A program made the translations under genes and the position numbers. This document shows positions 22,401 through 44,593 of a stretch of 64,000 nucleotides of DNA, piece after piece. The stretch's first letter is position 1. Each line of letters begins with the position of its first letter. The stretch covers positions 5,952,001 through 6,016,000 of the forward strand of contig NW_024704765.1 of NCBI RefSeq assembly GCF_018977255.1. The letters run 5' to 3'. The DNA is from Callorhinchus milii. Its lineage: Eukaryota. Below the pieces are notes generated by a model. The model had not been told where the DNA came from, made no database searches, and saw only the letters and a list, made by a program, of their open reading frames with translations.

Positions 22401-24791
22401 GATGATTGACCCCAAGATAGAAATAACACCTTACTCTCTTTGTCGCTGTTCTGGCCATGCGTGAAACTTTGTTAACAGAAGTGCTTTGTTTCGGCAGCAA
22501 TGGGATCCTTTATCAGTACCCCGACAGGACAGACATGATGCCAATCATTTCGATAAACTTGGCGTAAGTTCCTTTATAAAATGTATGCACTTGAATACCT
22601 ATTGTCTGGCTCTCTCTCTCTCTAACCCAGTACTGTATGTACATTAGATTGCTGAGTGACTCTATTCTTGGTTAAATTTGCACTCAAATTCCCAGATTAC
22701 TCAGATTATAATTTAGGTTTTTAGCCTTTGTATGATGCAGTGTCATTTATGAATTATGCCAACTCACCCATCTCATTGCCTCACTTCCTCAGTCTCATTG
22801 CCTCATGTCCTCTCTCCTTCCCTTCAAACCCTTTGGCCACGCTTTTGGTCAACAGCCTTGCTTTTCCCTCTCTCCTCCCTCCCTCTTGATTATATCTGTT
22901 TAGCGGTTTGAGACTTTCCTACCTGAAATATGCTGTTTATGTGCCCGTTGTTACAGGGGAGAGCAGTGTGGTGGTTGTCGGAGATCCAGCATTACGGAAC
23001 GGCCGCACACATTCCATGTGATCCTGACTGAGCGCCCTGCCCTGGAGCTGAGTGCCGAGAGTGAGAAGGAGATGGCTGACTGGATGCAGCACCTCTGTCA
23101 AGCCGTGTCTAAAGGGGTAAGTGAGTACCTGGAGCAGTGTCTGTCTGCCTTTGCTCAGGCTAATAAGGCATAGCAAAGCTTTTCCTGATATTAAAGGGAA
23201 TGTGTTCGCTCTGCTTTCAGTGACGAGTGTTCATTATTTTTACATTACACCTAATGAGATTGTTTAGTGTAGTAACCGTTCTTTTGTGTTGGCAGATTAT
23301 TCCTCAGGGTGTGGCACCCTCGCCATGTATCCCCTGCTGCCTTGTAGTAACTGAAAGGCTGGTCATTACATGTCACGAGGACTCCCAGACAAGCTTCTTC
23401 CGATCGCTGGGAAGTGCTGAGCTAATCAGTGTGAGCAGCATCTCCATAGACCCCAATGGAGAGTACTGCCTGATGGTGAGTATGATTAGAGATGGTCTTC
23501 AGTTTGACCACTAATAGCTTACACGAGATGAGGACTTGGCAGGGCTTTGGAGCTCCCACTCACAGAGGCACATCTCACAAGCTGAGTTAGCTCTCTCAGT
23601 GTCTGTTAATGTGTGAGCTTTGACCATGAGAGTTGGCTGGCTGTTCAGTTGTGGGTGGGGTGTAGGGAAGGGTGAGTAGCCTGGGTAGCAGCGTAACTTA
23701 GTGGCCCACTTTCTGCTGCGGATAGGGAATAGTATCGCAAGTAAAGAGAAAGGGAAGGGTAAGTAGTATTAAAAAAAAGTTGATAAGGAGCTGAATTACC
23801 TTTGCCTTAAACCTTCCTCTCTTTCTAACTATCCAAGAAGGCAGCGATTCCCAGATTCCATCGAGAGCTGAAAACTATAATCTAATAATCCTTGCATTTG
23901 ATACAGAGCCTTATCACATCTTCGAGATGTCTCAAAGCACTTCACACAGAATACACTGTAAAGTGTATTGATTGTATTTTGTGAGCGAAAATTCTACACG
24001 TGCTGCTGCCACACTGCTTCATTATTGATCTTAAGTGTTCTGTATAAAAAGACATCTACCCTCAGGAATGTTTGGTAGCTCTTCAGAAACTTGTTGTTTT
24101 TGTCGCTTGCTTTCATGAAATGGTTTGCTTTTGCACATCTCGTTGTCTATTCGCTTTTATGAAGCTGCGTTTTAACCTCTACAGGAGTTTTCTGAGGATC
24201 AGAAGCAGACTTCGCCTCCTTGGTTTCTGTACTTCAGCTGTGCTGCAGAATTGGAACGTTTCATTACTGCGCTTAACGTAGCCTGGAGAAGCATCTATCA
24301 GGTGAGCAAGGAATGCATGGTATTGACACGCCAAAATTGCCTGATCAGTCACTCCAATAAATTTCATTTGTATAGCGTCTTTCACGTCAGGAGGACGTCC
24401 AAAACGCTGGGACTCCACAGCTGTACTGGCACTCAAGCTGACTTGCTCTCGATCGATTTTGTACTTTGCACATCAGTAGGAAGAGTGTAAAAATGTGTTA
24501 CCCATGTCCCAATAACTGATTGCTTCTCGCACACTCTGGCAGTACTTTTTGAAATGTGTCCAGAACCCCAGTGACTCTGCGAGTAGTTGCTTGTGCAGCG
24601 TTCTGTTCTGACTCTCTGTAGCTCTGTTCTGACTCTCTGTATCTGTTGTTCAGGTGGATCTGCCTCAGAAGCAGTTACAGGAGCCCTGTGTTCAGAGGAA
24701 GTGTGAAGATGCCGTGCTGCTGATCCGCACCACGTGGCAGCGCAGTGACAGTCTGCACCGAGGTCGCTCCGAGCGAGATCCCTGGTGCTGA
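4291..24791 (+). CDS. PLEKHM2: Pleckstrin homology and RUN domain containing M2 (SKIP), lysosome-kinesin-1 adaptor; 20 coding exons, ~1063 aa
   Basis: Exons (all GT-AG, phases consistent): 4291-4350, 8164-8270, 8485-8594, 8932-9031, 9526-9613, 9911-10097, 14151-14210, 17086-17320, 17793-18737, 19042-19111, 19456-19546, 19776-19840, 20820-20908, 21178-21310, 21784-21974, 22498-22563, 22957-23116, 23296-23475, 24185-24301, 24654-24791 (sum 3192 nt). Translation METLKVKDRILENISLSVKKLQGYFAACED...; RUN domain (RAWLYLALNENSLESY); W-acidic motifs TNLEWDDSAI and STDWEEGEL; PH-region exons; C-terminus ERDPWC*. Confidence 0.96.
4440..5098. repeat. C-rich (CT/CA) degenerate tandem repeat in PLEKHM2 intron 1
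   Basis: Repeated CCCCCTCTCTCCCCTCTCCCCCCCACACAC-like units, essentially G-free on the + strand. Confidence 0.9.
7270..7640 (+). mobile_element. CR1-type LINE 3' fragment (degenerate)
   Basis: TTGTTTTCACTGGAG...GAGGGTGACC...AGGTCTTCAAGATTATG...TTTACACGGAGAGTGGTG motif series of CR1 RT ends. Further pieces at ~6480-6790 (-), 13680-13880 (-) and 14690-15205 (+). Confidence 0.65.
11198..11518 (+). mobile_element. tRNA-derived SINE, full length, nested in an older Deu-domain SINE (~11090-11600)
   Basis: Box A TAGCTCAGTGG, box B GGTTCGATTCC, tail GCTATATCAAATGCAAGGATTATT. The flanks read as two halves of a Deu-like core. Confidence 0.9.
20376..20694 (+). mobile_element. tRNA-derived SINE, full length
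   Basis: Near-identical to 11198-11518. Confidence 0.9.
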
Positions 24792-27700
24792 ACCCCAGAG
24801 AATTGCACCTTCAGGGCTGGACTGAACATCATGGAGAACTGTCATGCTGGCAATTGCGTGTGGCCCACAGAGCACAAAGTTATTGAGGTGCACGGAGGAG
24901 AATTCTGGTAGCAACACAATGGGGTATGCGGGAAATCGGATTTGCCATGACAAAAATCTCTTGCCCAACAGAACACTGATCAACCACCCATCAAGCCTTT
25001 AGGAAATACTTCATCAACAGTGTCAGGGATACCCGATGGTCTTTGAACATAGACCTGCTTGTTTAGCTGGGTATCAGGTGAGTGCCTCCGTCTATCCTGA
25101 CGTGTGCATTGAATTCCCCCACTGGGCCGAGTTGACATTTTACAACTGCTGAAGTTCTCAGCCTCTCACTGGCAACAAGCACTAGCCTGTGTGGCCTCCA
25201 ATGATAATAGCACCTTCAATATGGTGGGTAAATCTAGTTTTGGCTGCCTGTCTCTTCCTCTCAGAAAAGAAAGGCATAAGGTCGATGTGCCGTAACCGAG
25301 CCCGTTTATATAACGCTGCACAGTGATTGTCTCTTGTGCTCAGAAGCTGGTTTGTTCCGGTGACACGGAGGAATGCTATCTTGTTGCTTCCATCACTTCC
25401 CAGCCTCTGAAAGCAGCTGTCAGCTCCACTCGGCGAATTTCCTTGATGGTTTTAATGAAGGTTTTATTTTCAGAGTACCCACAGGAGGAGCACTTGGTGC
25501 GGGCGTCTCCATGGTTACTAAAACGATAGTTAGTCTCAGTGACTGATGCAAAGCTGTCTGCACATAGTATATATATATATATATCCTTGCTAGAATTTTA
25601 GGAAATACCATTTTATAAAGAATGCTTTTACTGATCAATTGTTGCTTTGATTTGGACTGCACACATCCTGTTTCCTGATGAGGCTGTTTGTGGAAAAAAA
25701 AAGGCACTTGAGGCTGTGCCTGACATCCGCCCTGAGATTGGTGTAGGTAGAGTAGCTGGTTTGTGGGAATCTTGTCCAGCGCTGGGTGCTGGGGACCTGA
25801 TGGAATGTGTGCTGCTGACTTGCAGTTTTTAAGTTTTGTTTTTGTGTCTGTGTGACCTCCTTCTCTTCAGATTGTAGAACGCAACCCACACTGCTGTTAT
25901 TTAAATGCAAATGTGGAGTGGGATTTTCAGCCTGCAAAGAGGATTTATTACGAGAAAACATTGGCTCCATTCAGTAATGCCTCTCAGTTCTGAACACTGT
26001 TTGGTTCATCAGTCCATTGAAAGGGACTGAATTTTCCCAGCCACTCACCAGCTGCTGCCTGTAGAGAGGTGTAGGTGAGGGACCTGCAGGGAAAGGCTCT
26101 TGTACTCCTACAGGGAAGGGGAGTTGAGAGGAATGTCCCTTATTCCTGCAGTCTTTGGATCAGCAAGTCAACCTCCTGAAATTCCTCAATGTCTTAGTTT
26201 TCAAATGACAAGCTCAAAATTTAAGATCATGCAGAATTTTTGGAACATTCTTAAATTCAGTCCTTTTAGAAAACGGTTTCTGCCTTTCTTACAAAGAAAT
26301 AACACCTTATCGTGCCGTTGAGACGTCTCAGAAAGTGCTTTTTAGGATCTGCTCTTCAGTAGCAGAGAATAAACTTTCATTGTGCCATTTATTGCTGCTG
26401 TACAATCCAATCCATAAATCACACCATCGCATATATTAATACCTTCTATCATGTGAGATGTGATTTGTGCAATTTATATTCATAAGATTTACACAAAGTA
26501 ACTTAGACAAGCTGCGTATTGGACTGTTTTACCAGCAGAAGAGAGAGGCATGTTTCCAAAGAGACGGTAGCAAAGCTTCTAGTGAAGAAACTTTGTGCCG
26601 CTTGATGTGAATCTTTCTGCCTGAAATAGAATGCAGCAACACATTAACATTGTGTAAACTAGCGAATGTGATTCCTGTTAAGTGCTAACAGCCCGTGCAT
26701 GGTCTGTTAGTATAACGTGCTGCAGATTCAAGGCATCATTATTGCACATGAGAAGATCCATTCAAGCAGTCACTGGAAGGATCACCCCCTCCTCCTGTGT
26801 CCATGACAACCTGAGCTGTGTTCCAGTGTAGTTTATATTACATCGCTGATACTGCAAATACTCTTCTATAGATTCTGGGCAGTGTGTGTTTTTCTTTGCA
26901 AAGTTGGAATATTGGGGTGGCATGTCTGGGATTTTTTTTTTTATCTCTTACTTTTTTTTTCCCCCCAATTCATTTGTCAAATACATATGAGCTTGTAAAT
27001 GACCTTCTGAGGGGATATGGGGCATGACTTGAATAATGAACCATTCATTAGTGTAGCTGCAGCTTTTGACAGAGTGTCAAAAAATGGCCCAGTGTTCATT
27101 TTAAAAATGGCTTAGTGATCACGGAACAATACAAGGTGGGGCGTGAACCCATTTCAGCTTGTATTCAAGCAAGTGAAATTTCTATGAAATGATGGGATTA
27201 ATGAAAGGTGATTTTATAGTAAATAGTAGATACAGTTGTGTTGAGGGATTGAAACAGCTGGAAGCAACTGATATACATGTTTTTACTGAACTGAAGAGTC
27301 GGTGAAGTGGGAGTGAGAGTTATATACATGATGTGTGCACACAGTGTCTGGAGTTATAAGGGCTACAGGCTTAAATCTGCCTTGTTTCGGTACTATAGAG
27401 ATGTAAAGCCTGATGTTACACTAATAGACTAAAATGGGACCCGGTGCAATGAGACAATTTATACTGAAAACCTCACTCTAGAAAACAAATGTGTGTAGGG
27501 CACAGCACACAGTTTCTTACTTCTGCTGACTAACAATCCTACAGATAAAATGAGTCGTTCATCTAAAGGTTGTTTATGGAAATTTTCTGTACACTAAATG
27601 TTTTTTAAATCAAGAACTGCTGAAAACTGACTTCTAAATTTGAGAAATGCCCTAAAATTTTGCCTGATCTTAAATATTACTACAGTACCTTGGTCTTAAG

Positions 27701-30643
27701 GCTAAGAGCATGGAGAATGTTGTACTTCTGGGGTCAAACTGGCCTTTATGGTTCAACTCGCACCAGGTAGTGGCTTTTTATCTTTATTTAAAATGAGTAA
27801 CTTGCCTTTTCTATTAACTTTCAACAATTTTGTCAGACTGTTACATACCACTTCATGCCCTCTATCTGGTTTGTTTTGTAGGCCTGTTTTACCACTAGTA
27901 ATTGAAGGAATCATCATTATTTCCATTAGGAACCGGCTGCACAATCCCAGTTCAGCAGGGAAAATTTTTTTTTTTTTAAACAGTGTTTCATTCAAATTAG
28001 TTTCTTGCCAACAATTTAGCGAATTTGGAAAAGAAAGTAACTGTAATGAGTTAAGCAAACCAAATAGCAGTTGTTTATTCAGTGATGCTATTAAAGAAGA
28101 CAACAACAACTAATTACATTTGTATAGCGCCTTTCACGTGGTTGAGAATTTAAATAGATTTATTTTGCCATTGTATAATGAGATGTTTTAAATGGGTTGC
28201 ATAGTTAGACACTCTTCTCTCTTGGCTATGAATTCAGCCTGCACTGATGGGATGGAATTCTTCTCCCTCCCTCTCTCGCGAGAGGGGCTTGCATTGGGAC
28301 AGTGCAAACTAGTTTTTAACAAACTATAAATGTCACACCAAAGGTGGAATGGTGCAGGCAATGGCCACTTAGTTTTTTGCTGTGCAGATGGAGCTTTATT
28401 TTGCATCCAGCCTATTCTGTTCCTGTGTTGGAAAAATAATCCAAATATACCATTCTCCACCATCGGCATCCTTTAAAATATCGACGAGCGCAAAATTAAC
28501 TCCAGTCTAGGAGTTTGCTTGTTTGAAAATTACAGCGAAATGTTCAACTAATGTCAGTGCCTTCCATCAACCACAACAGCTGTTTGTGCGAGGCACAAGT
28601 GTTGCTCGGGGTTGTGGTTGGCACCGGCGTTCTTCACAATGGGCAGTGAGTGCAGTGTGACAATTTGTCTGTTCACTGAGTTGAGTAAGTGGTTGTTGGT
28701 GCTCTCTTTATGCCTTTGCTTTAGATCGGATTATGTTTTAGATTTGACCCTTTATTTTGACTGAGGGCCCAAGTACGATAGTTTGTTCTGGAGGCTTTAT
28801 TGTTGGATGTAGTGTTTCTTCAAAAAAAAAGTGTTATTGCTAGGTTCCCAACAGCATTGTCTGACTGGTTTGTGTGTACACCACTCAGTGACTGTCGTGG
28901 AACTCCTTTTACAAACTATTCGCTGAATCGTACAAATCCCTGTCTTGTGAGAGCAATGTCTTTGCTCATCAAAATACCTCATAATAACACACCAAGATTT
29001 TTGTAAGGAGAAAGTTACATTTGCCTAAGCAATTAACTGGAAATAATGAAATAAGTGATGTTGGTTACAAATAGTGCTGGGTTCTCTTGACCCAAGGCTA
29101 GTGGTAATGAATGGGGAGATGGGGCTAGTTTTCTATTGTCAGCGTGTTTTGAATTAAACTATATTGGCACAAGCTAGATTTCATAACCTAAGCAAACTTA
29201 CTGTTTTTATTGAGTAAGAATTCGCTCTCCATGCATGCACATAGGTAGTCAGTTCATGTGAGGTATGTTTTATCAATGTCAATAATTAGCAGTGTTTTAC
29301 TTTATACTCTTGCCATCCCTGTAAAGTCATGTGGTCAGTGTGGGTTTAGTTCCAAACTGGAGCCTTGCAATAGGGGTTTTGGGCTATAATTCCTGGAAGA
29401 TGTGGTTCTCGCGCGCGCACACACACACACTAAAGTAACTTATACTAAGGATTTTTCCAGGATGGAGCATGTTTGTGAGTTACAATACAAGGCATTGCAA
29501 TACAAACTGCCTAATCTATCATTTCGATAAGATTTTGTTTGCACTGTAATATTTTGCTACCAGTCAGACTTGACCTGCAGAATTTGTACATTATAGAAAT
29601 GGGGATAACTCCACAATGGAAGTGGTCTGTAGTCTAAACACTTCAGATTATTGGTACGTTGCAAAATACTATTTTTAAAGACCGTGGGAAATTAAATGGT
29701 CCTGGTGATTTTTAAATGTGTGTGACAGAAACTAGACGTAGGAGTTTGTTGTAGAGAGTGACTATTTATTCTGTTGTGTGTTCCATGTTCAAAGTCACGT
29801 TATAAATAATTCTTACCTTTGACACCAGGGAGACGTTTCGACGTGTTTCGCAGGATGTCCTGTACTGTAAAGCACAATGACTGTGTGTTTTGCATGTGAA
29901 CATCTAGGAGGAGTGACTGCTGCAGACCTGAAATGTTTCTGGTTGTTGTGATCCGGATTGTATCATGATCCACATTACATGAATATCTACCATTGTTTCT
30001 AGAACTTCTCTCCCCCCCCCCTCCACCCCGGTTTTGCTGGTCCCTAAAATAGCTTAAGACTTTTTTTTAATAAATAAAAGGGTGGGGGGGGTGTATTGAA
30101 ATTATCTTAACGGCTTCAGAATGACATCTAAGCACAGGTCCAAATGAATCCTGTGCAATTTTACTCCGTCTACCCAAAAAGGACAACTGCTACAGTATAA
30201 TATATACCGGTTGTCAAATCAAATAATGCAGTCAGTTTGCACCTCAAAGCCATTTGGTACCTGCACGTGTAAACGCGTAGCTTCCACCCAGAATTTCTGC
30301 TGGAACCTTTCAGTACCTTAAAAGATCTCTGGCGAGCTGCGAGTAATGGGAGGTCCAAAAATCAGACGGCCCAGCTTCTCTCTCCTCTGGCCCTTTCAAC
30401 ACAACGTCATTTCATTTCTTCGGAGCGATTATTCGATTGTACCAATACCGGGTACCCGGGTACTTCCAAGAGTTTTGGGGGCCAGAACCGAACAGTTAAT
30501 CCTGTCCATGAATTGATCGCTATTATTATTGACTGCTAGCAATATTGATTCCTGAAGCATGATCAACCCTGAAGTTTCTTCTGGAGAAATTTCACAGTTC
30601 ATACAATAATCTAATGTAATGGTGTATATCTTATACCAATGCG

Positions 30644-31008
30644 NNNNNNNNNNNNNNNNNNNNNNNNNNNNNNNNNNNNNNNNNNNNNNNNNNNNNNNNN
30701 NNNNNNNNNNNNNNNNNNNNNNNNNNNNNNNNNNNNNNNNNNNNNNNNNNNNNNNNNNNNNNNNNNNNNNNNNNNNNNNNNNNNNNNNNNNNNNNNNNNN
30801 NNNNNNNNNNNNNNNNNNNNNNNNNNNNNNNNNNNNNNNNNNNNNNNNNNNNNNNNNNNNNNNNNNNNNNNNNNNNNNNNNNNNNNNNNNNNNNNNNNNN
30901 NNNNNNNNNNNNNNNNNNNNNNNNNNNNNNNNNNNNNNNNNNNNNNNNNNNNNNNNNNNNNNNNNNNNNNNNNNNNNNNNNNNNNNNNNNNNNNNNNNNN
31001 NNNNNNNN
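30644..31008. other. Assembly gap (365 N)
   Basis: Run of N. Confidence 1.
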
Positions 31009-31329
31009 TGTGTTTTGTGTTCACTTCACAATGTAAATGCTGTGTTTATTGTACATAACAAATTGGTGTAAATAGGACGGAAGATTAATTAAAAAAAAAA
31101 GTCACGGCCTTTCCTTTGTGCCGCCGGTGTCCGATCAGTGAGGCTGTAAACTCTCTACGCTGACGCTGGTTTAACCCTTTGGAGACCAAATTGACCCTCG
31201 CAGCGTGGAATTCCACTCGTCTGGAACCCAGCGCACACACTCTCTCTCTCTCTCTCTCTGTCCCTGTCCCTGTCCGCTGAGCTGCGGCTGGTGTTCGGCT
31301 CAGGCGGGTGAGAGAGAGAGAGAGAGAGC

Positions 31330-31790
31330 GCGAGGGTGGGGGGGTGGGGGGGGGAGTGCATGGGGAGCAGCTGGTGGGGGGGGCGGTGCGGGGGGGGGGG
31401 GGTGCATGGGGAGCAGTGGGTGGGGGAGCAGCCGGTGGGTGGGTGGTGTGGGGGGAGCAGCCGGTGTGGGGGGGGGGTGCGGTGCGGGGGGGGGGGGTGC
31501 ATGGGGAGCAGTGGGTGGGGAGCAGCCGGTGGGTGGGTGGTGTGGGGGGAGCAGCGGTGTGGGGGGGGGGTGCGGTGCGGGGGGGGGGGGTGCATGGGGA
31601 GCAGTGGGTGGGGGAGCAGCCGGTGGTGGGTGGTGTGGGGGGAGCAGCCGGTGTGGGGGGGGGTGCGGTGCGGGGGGGGGGGGCATGGGGAGCAGTGGGT
31701 GGGGTGCAGCAGTGGTGGGGGGGGTAGCAGTGGGTGGGGGGGGCGGGGGGGGGGGCGGGGCCGAGGGGGGGGGGGGGCGGGGCCGAGGGG
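31330..31790. repeat. G-rich tandem repeat (~90-bp unit, GGGAGCAG...GTGCGGTGCGGG...TGCATG) upstream of SLC25A34
   Basis: About four imperfect copies with long G runs. Confidence 0.85.
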
Positions 31791-32033
31791 GCTCGCGCTG
31801 CCCATTGGTTGGCGCTGCGGTGGAGGCGGAGCCCTCGCGGCTCCCGGTTGCACAGTCGCCGGGAGTGTCCCTCAGTAAACAGCTCCACACCGGGAGGGAC
31901 ACCGGGACACGGAGAGGGACGGCCCCGGGAGGTCACTGCGCTGTACCGGCGGCGGCGGCGGAGGCGGAGGAGGAGAGTTGCCGGTGACCCTGACTGACCG
32001 CCTCCCCCCGGGGGGGGGGGGTCTCGGGCGGCG

Positions 32034-32035
<2 letters not shown>
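31740..32035 (+). promoter_or_regulatory. SLC25A34 CpG-island promoter
   Basis: GGGGCGGGG boxes, inverted CCAAT (ATTGG at 31804-31808), CpG-rich leader before the ATG at 32034. Confidence 0.65.
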
Positions 32036-37933
<5,898 letters not shown>

Positions 37934-39876
37934 CCGAGCCCTCAACAGTGCCTCTGGCCTTTGAAATCCCAGCACCAACTCGTGCTACGATCAGAGACTT
38001 GATAGTCAACCAGATATTGTGGGGACACCTCCTTAACTCGTGCCATACGGACAAGAAAGACCTGAGTGTTCACTGGTGACCGTGGATTAACATTACACTG
38101 ACTGTAGGGTTTAGCTGCCGCGGTGCAAGCGAGAAACCTCATCCCCCCCCCCCCAACGTTAGTGGCTTGCCTCCCATCTCAACTGCCTCACTCAGTGCCT
38201 ACTAAAGGGTATGATATTCAGCTCAAGTTTGCACAGTAACACAGGAGCTAAAGAAACACCACCACCGAGTTTATTGGACGTGAATTAACACAGGATTTCT
38301 CCCCCACTCCCCACACCCTCCATATCAAGTGGAAACAAACCCCTACGTTGATATTGGTGCAGACTAGTTGGGCTGAATGGTCTGTTTCCGTGCTGTACGA
38401 TTTAATGTAAAGGAGCGTCCAACCTCTCGTTGTACAGACTGAACCGATGTTTCAGATCCTCGAGACTGAAATGAGAACAGGCACTCACTAACTCTGCCAT
38501 TCACAAGCAGCTCTGTCCATTTGTAAAGTCCTTCAAGCTTTGCGATGAGTGTACACTCTGGCTTTTTCAACGTTTCAAGGCACTGTTAGAGAACAACGCA
38601 CTTTAAAGAGTAGAGTAAAGGGCAGCAGAGAGCCAGTACTAAGAAGGAGATGCACCACACTGTATGAGAGCTTGTGAAGAGGGACTCGATCAGTCCCGCA
38701 TTCCTGAAAGTCGTGAGTTTATTTTTCCAACTTCAATTTGCTCCTTTCCTAGAGTCATTGGCATCAGTTTCCTCCTTCCTCAGGTTCTTCCTGTGCATAG
38801 GACGTAACACACAGGAAGTAACATCAGTGGGGATCTGACTGACTGGAAATCAGCCATTTGGTGCTGGAAGCTGGGTCCACGGGAGACCTAAAGAGCGATG
38901 TAGATCGTGACATTTCCCTTTTGGGTGTAAAACACGCTCACTCTCATTGACCATACTTAGGAACCTGTCAGTGAAGAAATCAGGGGAAGACTTGAATTGT
39001 CTCTTATAGGGGCGATTAGAAGAGGGTTTTTATAAGAGAACATTTTGGCACAAGACTGAGATCTGAACAATGCTGAAAGGGGAATTGAATAAATGTTCTA
39101 AGTGGGAGCTGGCGTCAGGTTAGGCTCGACACGCTGATTGATGCCTGTTATACTGGAAATTGCTCTAAACCTAACGAGGAACCCATAGAATTTCTCCTGT
39201 TCTCTCAGTATCTTTCTAAATGTGCCTTTCACTCTGGTGCCTTATCAAATTGTAGTGAGATGCTTGGAACCTTTATTTCCGTCTGCAGGGAGGAGCAGCT
39301 GATTACTTTCCTGCGTCTTAGGACTGATGTTATTGCACTACGGACAGTCTGGAACTGCCCGGCACAGTTAGCTGCCTTTGTTATCACACTGTGCCTTCGA
39401 TTGCATCTCTGTATTACTAATCTGAAAGAAAAATAAAACTCAAAACAAAACAAAAAAAAGCAAGACATTTCTATTTGCTTGGATATCTTATATTTAAACC
39501 CGATTCCGCTTGGGCTGGATAAGATGTTTCTTCACTGAATGTTTCTTGATTTACGGCATAAGTCTATGCTATTTTGTTCTTTCTATTATTATGTTGTTGG
39601 CCAACCCAAAAAGGTTTGGCTTATACAGCAATGGGAATGGGTTAGTGAGTGGAAAAGAATGGGTTGAGTTACAGCCAGTGGGTTGGGTTTGTAGGGAGGT
39701 GGGTGGAGTCCAGCTCAGTGATTGCCTCTGGTGGACTTTGTTCCTTGATCCTTACATGGTCTCCTGGGAGCGGTCAATCAGCCCTGGAGCCTGGGCTCAG
39801 ACCGGGCCTGAAGGACACTCGCTGACAGACACACAGACACACACACACACACACATGCACATCCCTAACCCCTCAC

Positions 39877-42501
<2,625 letters not shown>

Positions 42502-42904
42502 TGGAAGAGAGGACAGCCCCCCACCCCACCGGCCTCAACACGTACTCTGTTGGACATCCTGCATTGAGGCCCCTTCCCCCTGCAAACGCCCACTGCTCAC
42601 ACCTACTGCTCACACCCGTTTGTAAACCGTTGAGATGTGGAATGGGATCCGGGTGTTTCCCACAAGCTCTAATTCTCTATGTGGTGCTCGTACTCACGAA
42701 GGTGTATGAACATTGTGGAATGAGTTCTATAATGATTGCTTTGATTTTTGATACAGCGCCTTATCGTCGTCGTCGAGACGTCTCAAAGCGCATCACAAGT
42801 TTTTAATGTGAATTGTCGTGACAGTGCACCTTCTGAGCAAACGCGGCAGCCAAGTTGCCCGCAAACAATGTCCCACAAACAGCCGCGGTTTTTTTTTTCT
42901 TTTC

Positions 42905-43105
42905 GAATCGTGCCGTGGGGACCCTTCACGTCCATCTGAACAGGACCTCGGTTTACCATCTCATTGAAAGGACGGCATCTCTGACGAGGCAGCACGCCCC
43001 CAGCCCTGCCAGTTCGGTACGAGTTCCAAGTTCCGATACGGGTCTCGACCCACAACCTCCTGACGTTGAGGTGAGAGTGTTACCAATTGAGCCAAGCTGG
43101 CACCC
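42905..43105 (-). mobile_element. Deu-domain (SacSINE/AmnSINE-like) SINE fragment
   Basis: Reverse complement contains AGATGCCGTCCTTTCAATGAGATGGTAAACCGAGGTCCTG, resembling the Deu core. Related copies at ~22030-22250 (+), 33490-33600 (-) and 43440-43620 (-). Confidence 0.6.
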
Positions 43106-43680
43106 AAACAGAAAGATCTTGCATTTATAAATCACTTTATTTCACTGAAATGTTTTGCGGTAATTACTGTTCAGGGCACGTGCTGCTTTATTGGGAAACG
43201 CAACACGACATTTGCGTACAGTTGGGTCCCACGATCAGCCACGTGGTGAATGGAGGAGGATTCAAGACTGAAGTGGATAGATATTTGTCAGGTCAGGGTA
43301 TTAAAGTATTCAGGGCAGGTAATTGGACTTGAGGTACAGATCAGCAGTGATCTTATAGAATAGTGGAATATGCTCAAGGGGCTGAATGGCCTCCTCCTGT
43401 TTCTGTTTGTATGATTGTTGGTTGGATTCCTCTTTAGCAATTCACCTCCAGGACCTGGGTTTAACATCTCGTCCAAAGGACAGCACTTCAGATAATGCAG
43501 AGTCCCTCTTCCACCCCCCACCACCACCACCACCACCACCACCGTACCGCACTGGAGCATCAGCCTAGACTGTGAGCCTAAGCCTTAACGCAGGACTTGA
43601 ACCCACAGCCCAGCGAACTCAGTGATAAAGAGAGAAGTCCTTTCAGTCCCGGTGACATGCCGTTTCCCCACCTTAGACTG

Positions 43681-43712
<32 letters not shown>

Positions 43713-44593
43713 CCTTGCATTTGACACAGCGCCTTTATCACGCCGTCGGGACGTCTCAAAGCGCTTCACAGGATACACTGTAACGTGGAGGGACAGTAAT
43801 GTTGTGGGCGGAAAAAGGGGAACGCGTCTGAACTCAACGCCGCTCACGAGCGGACGGTCGGGTACTGTCGGGGCTGTTGGGATCAGACCTGCGCAGTCGT
43901 GTTGACTTGTGCCCAGTAGGTGGCAGCGCTGAGCTGTGGATGGCCTCAGGCTCCCAAACCTCTGCCAAACGCTTTGGGCTGAAAATCCGCGGCATTGGGT
44001 GCGTCCAATTCTCACGTTGTCGAAATTTCCACTTCTGCGTTGTCGGAGTCCGTGTCGTGGAGGGGCGATGGCGGAGCCTGACTCCGGGGGGGGGGGGGGG
44101 GGTAAAGCAGAGGGATTGGGTCCAAGAGGGCCAAAGCTTCGGGGCGTAGTGGCTGAAAGCGCGGATGCCTAAGGTGGGGCGGATGGGACGAGAGGAGCAA
44201 CAACAAAATTACATTGGCATATAGGGCCTTTTCACGTGGGGAGGGCGACAACGAGCAGGAGGCCAGAGCCAGCCAGCCGAGCGGAGGCAGCGGAGCGGAG
44301 CGCGGAAGAGAGGCGGCCAGAGAGGTCGGGAGGTGTCGGGACGTGAAGGGACTTGTAGACGTGTGAGTGGGAGGATTTTGAAATCGAGTGGTGGGACGTG
44401 GAGTGAACTTTACGGTGTGGCGCCTCTCGCCCGGCGGGACACACGCTGAGATACGCTGAGTAAGCGGGCAGTGGACTGAGCTACAGCCGAGCTGCCCGTC
44501 CAAACCCACTGGGAGCCGCCACCCAGTGCGGCGTCAGTGTCCGCAGGTATCCGTGAACGTCTCTCCTTGTTGTTGCCGCTGTCCCCTCTCCCC

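Noticed and set aside
24601-24653. Duplicated polypyrimidine tract giving an alternative AG at 24620-24621
   Set aside because: Its use would add 32 nt and shift the frame of the conserved last exon; there is no support for it.
28273-28284. Palindrome CTCTCGCGAGAG (BANP-type motif)
   Set aside because: Isolated in CpG-poor sequence with no promoter context.
30425-30465. Palindrome CCGGGTACCCGG, possibly a DNA-transposon end
   Set aside because: No partner TIR or target-site duplication is visible (the gap is nearby), and it is too short to call.
30611-31071. ORFs spanning X runs
   Set aside because: Artefacts of the N gap.
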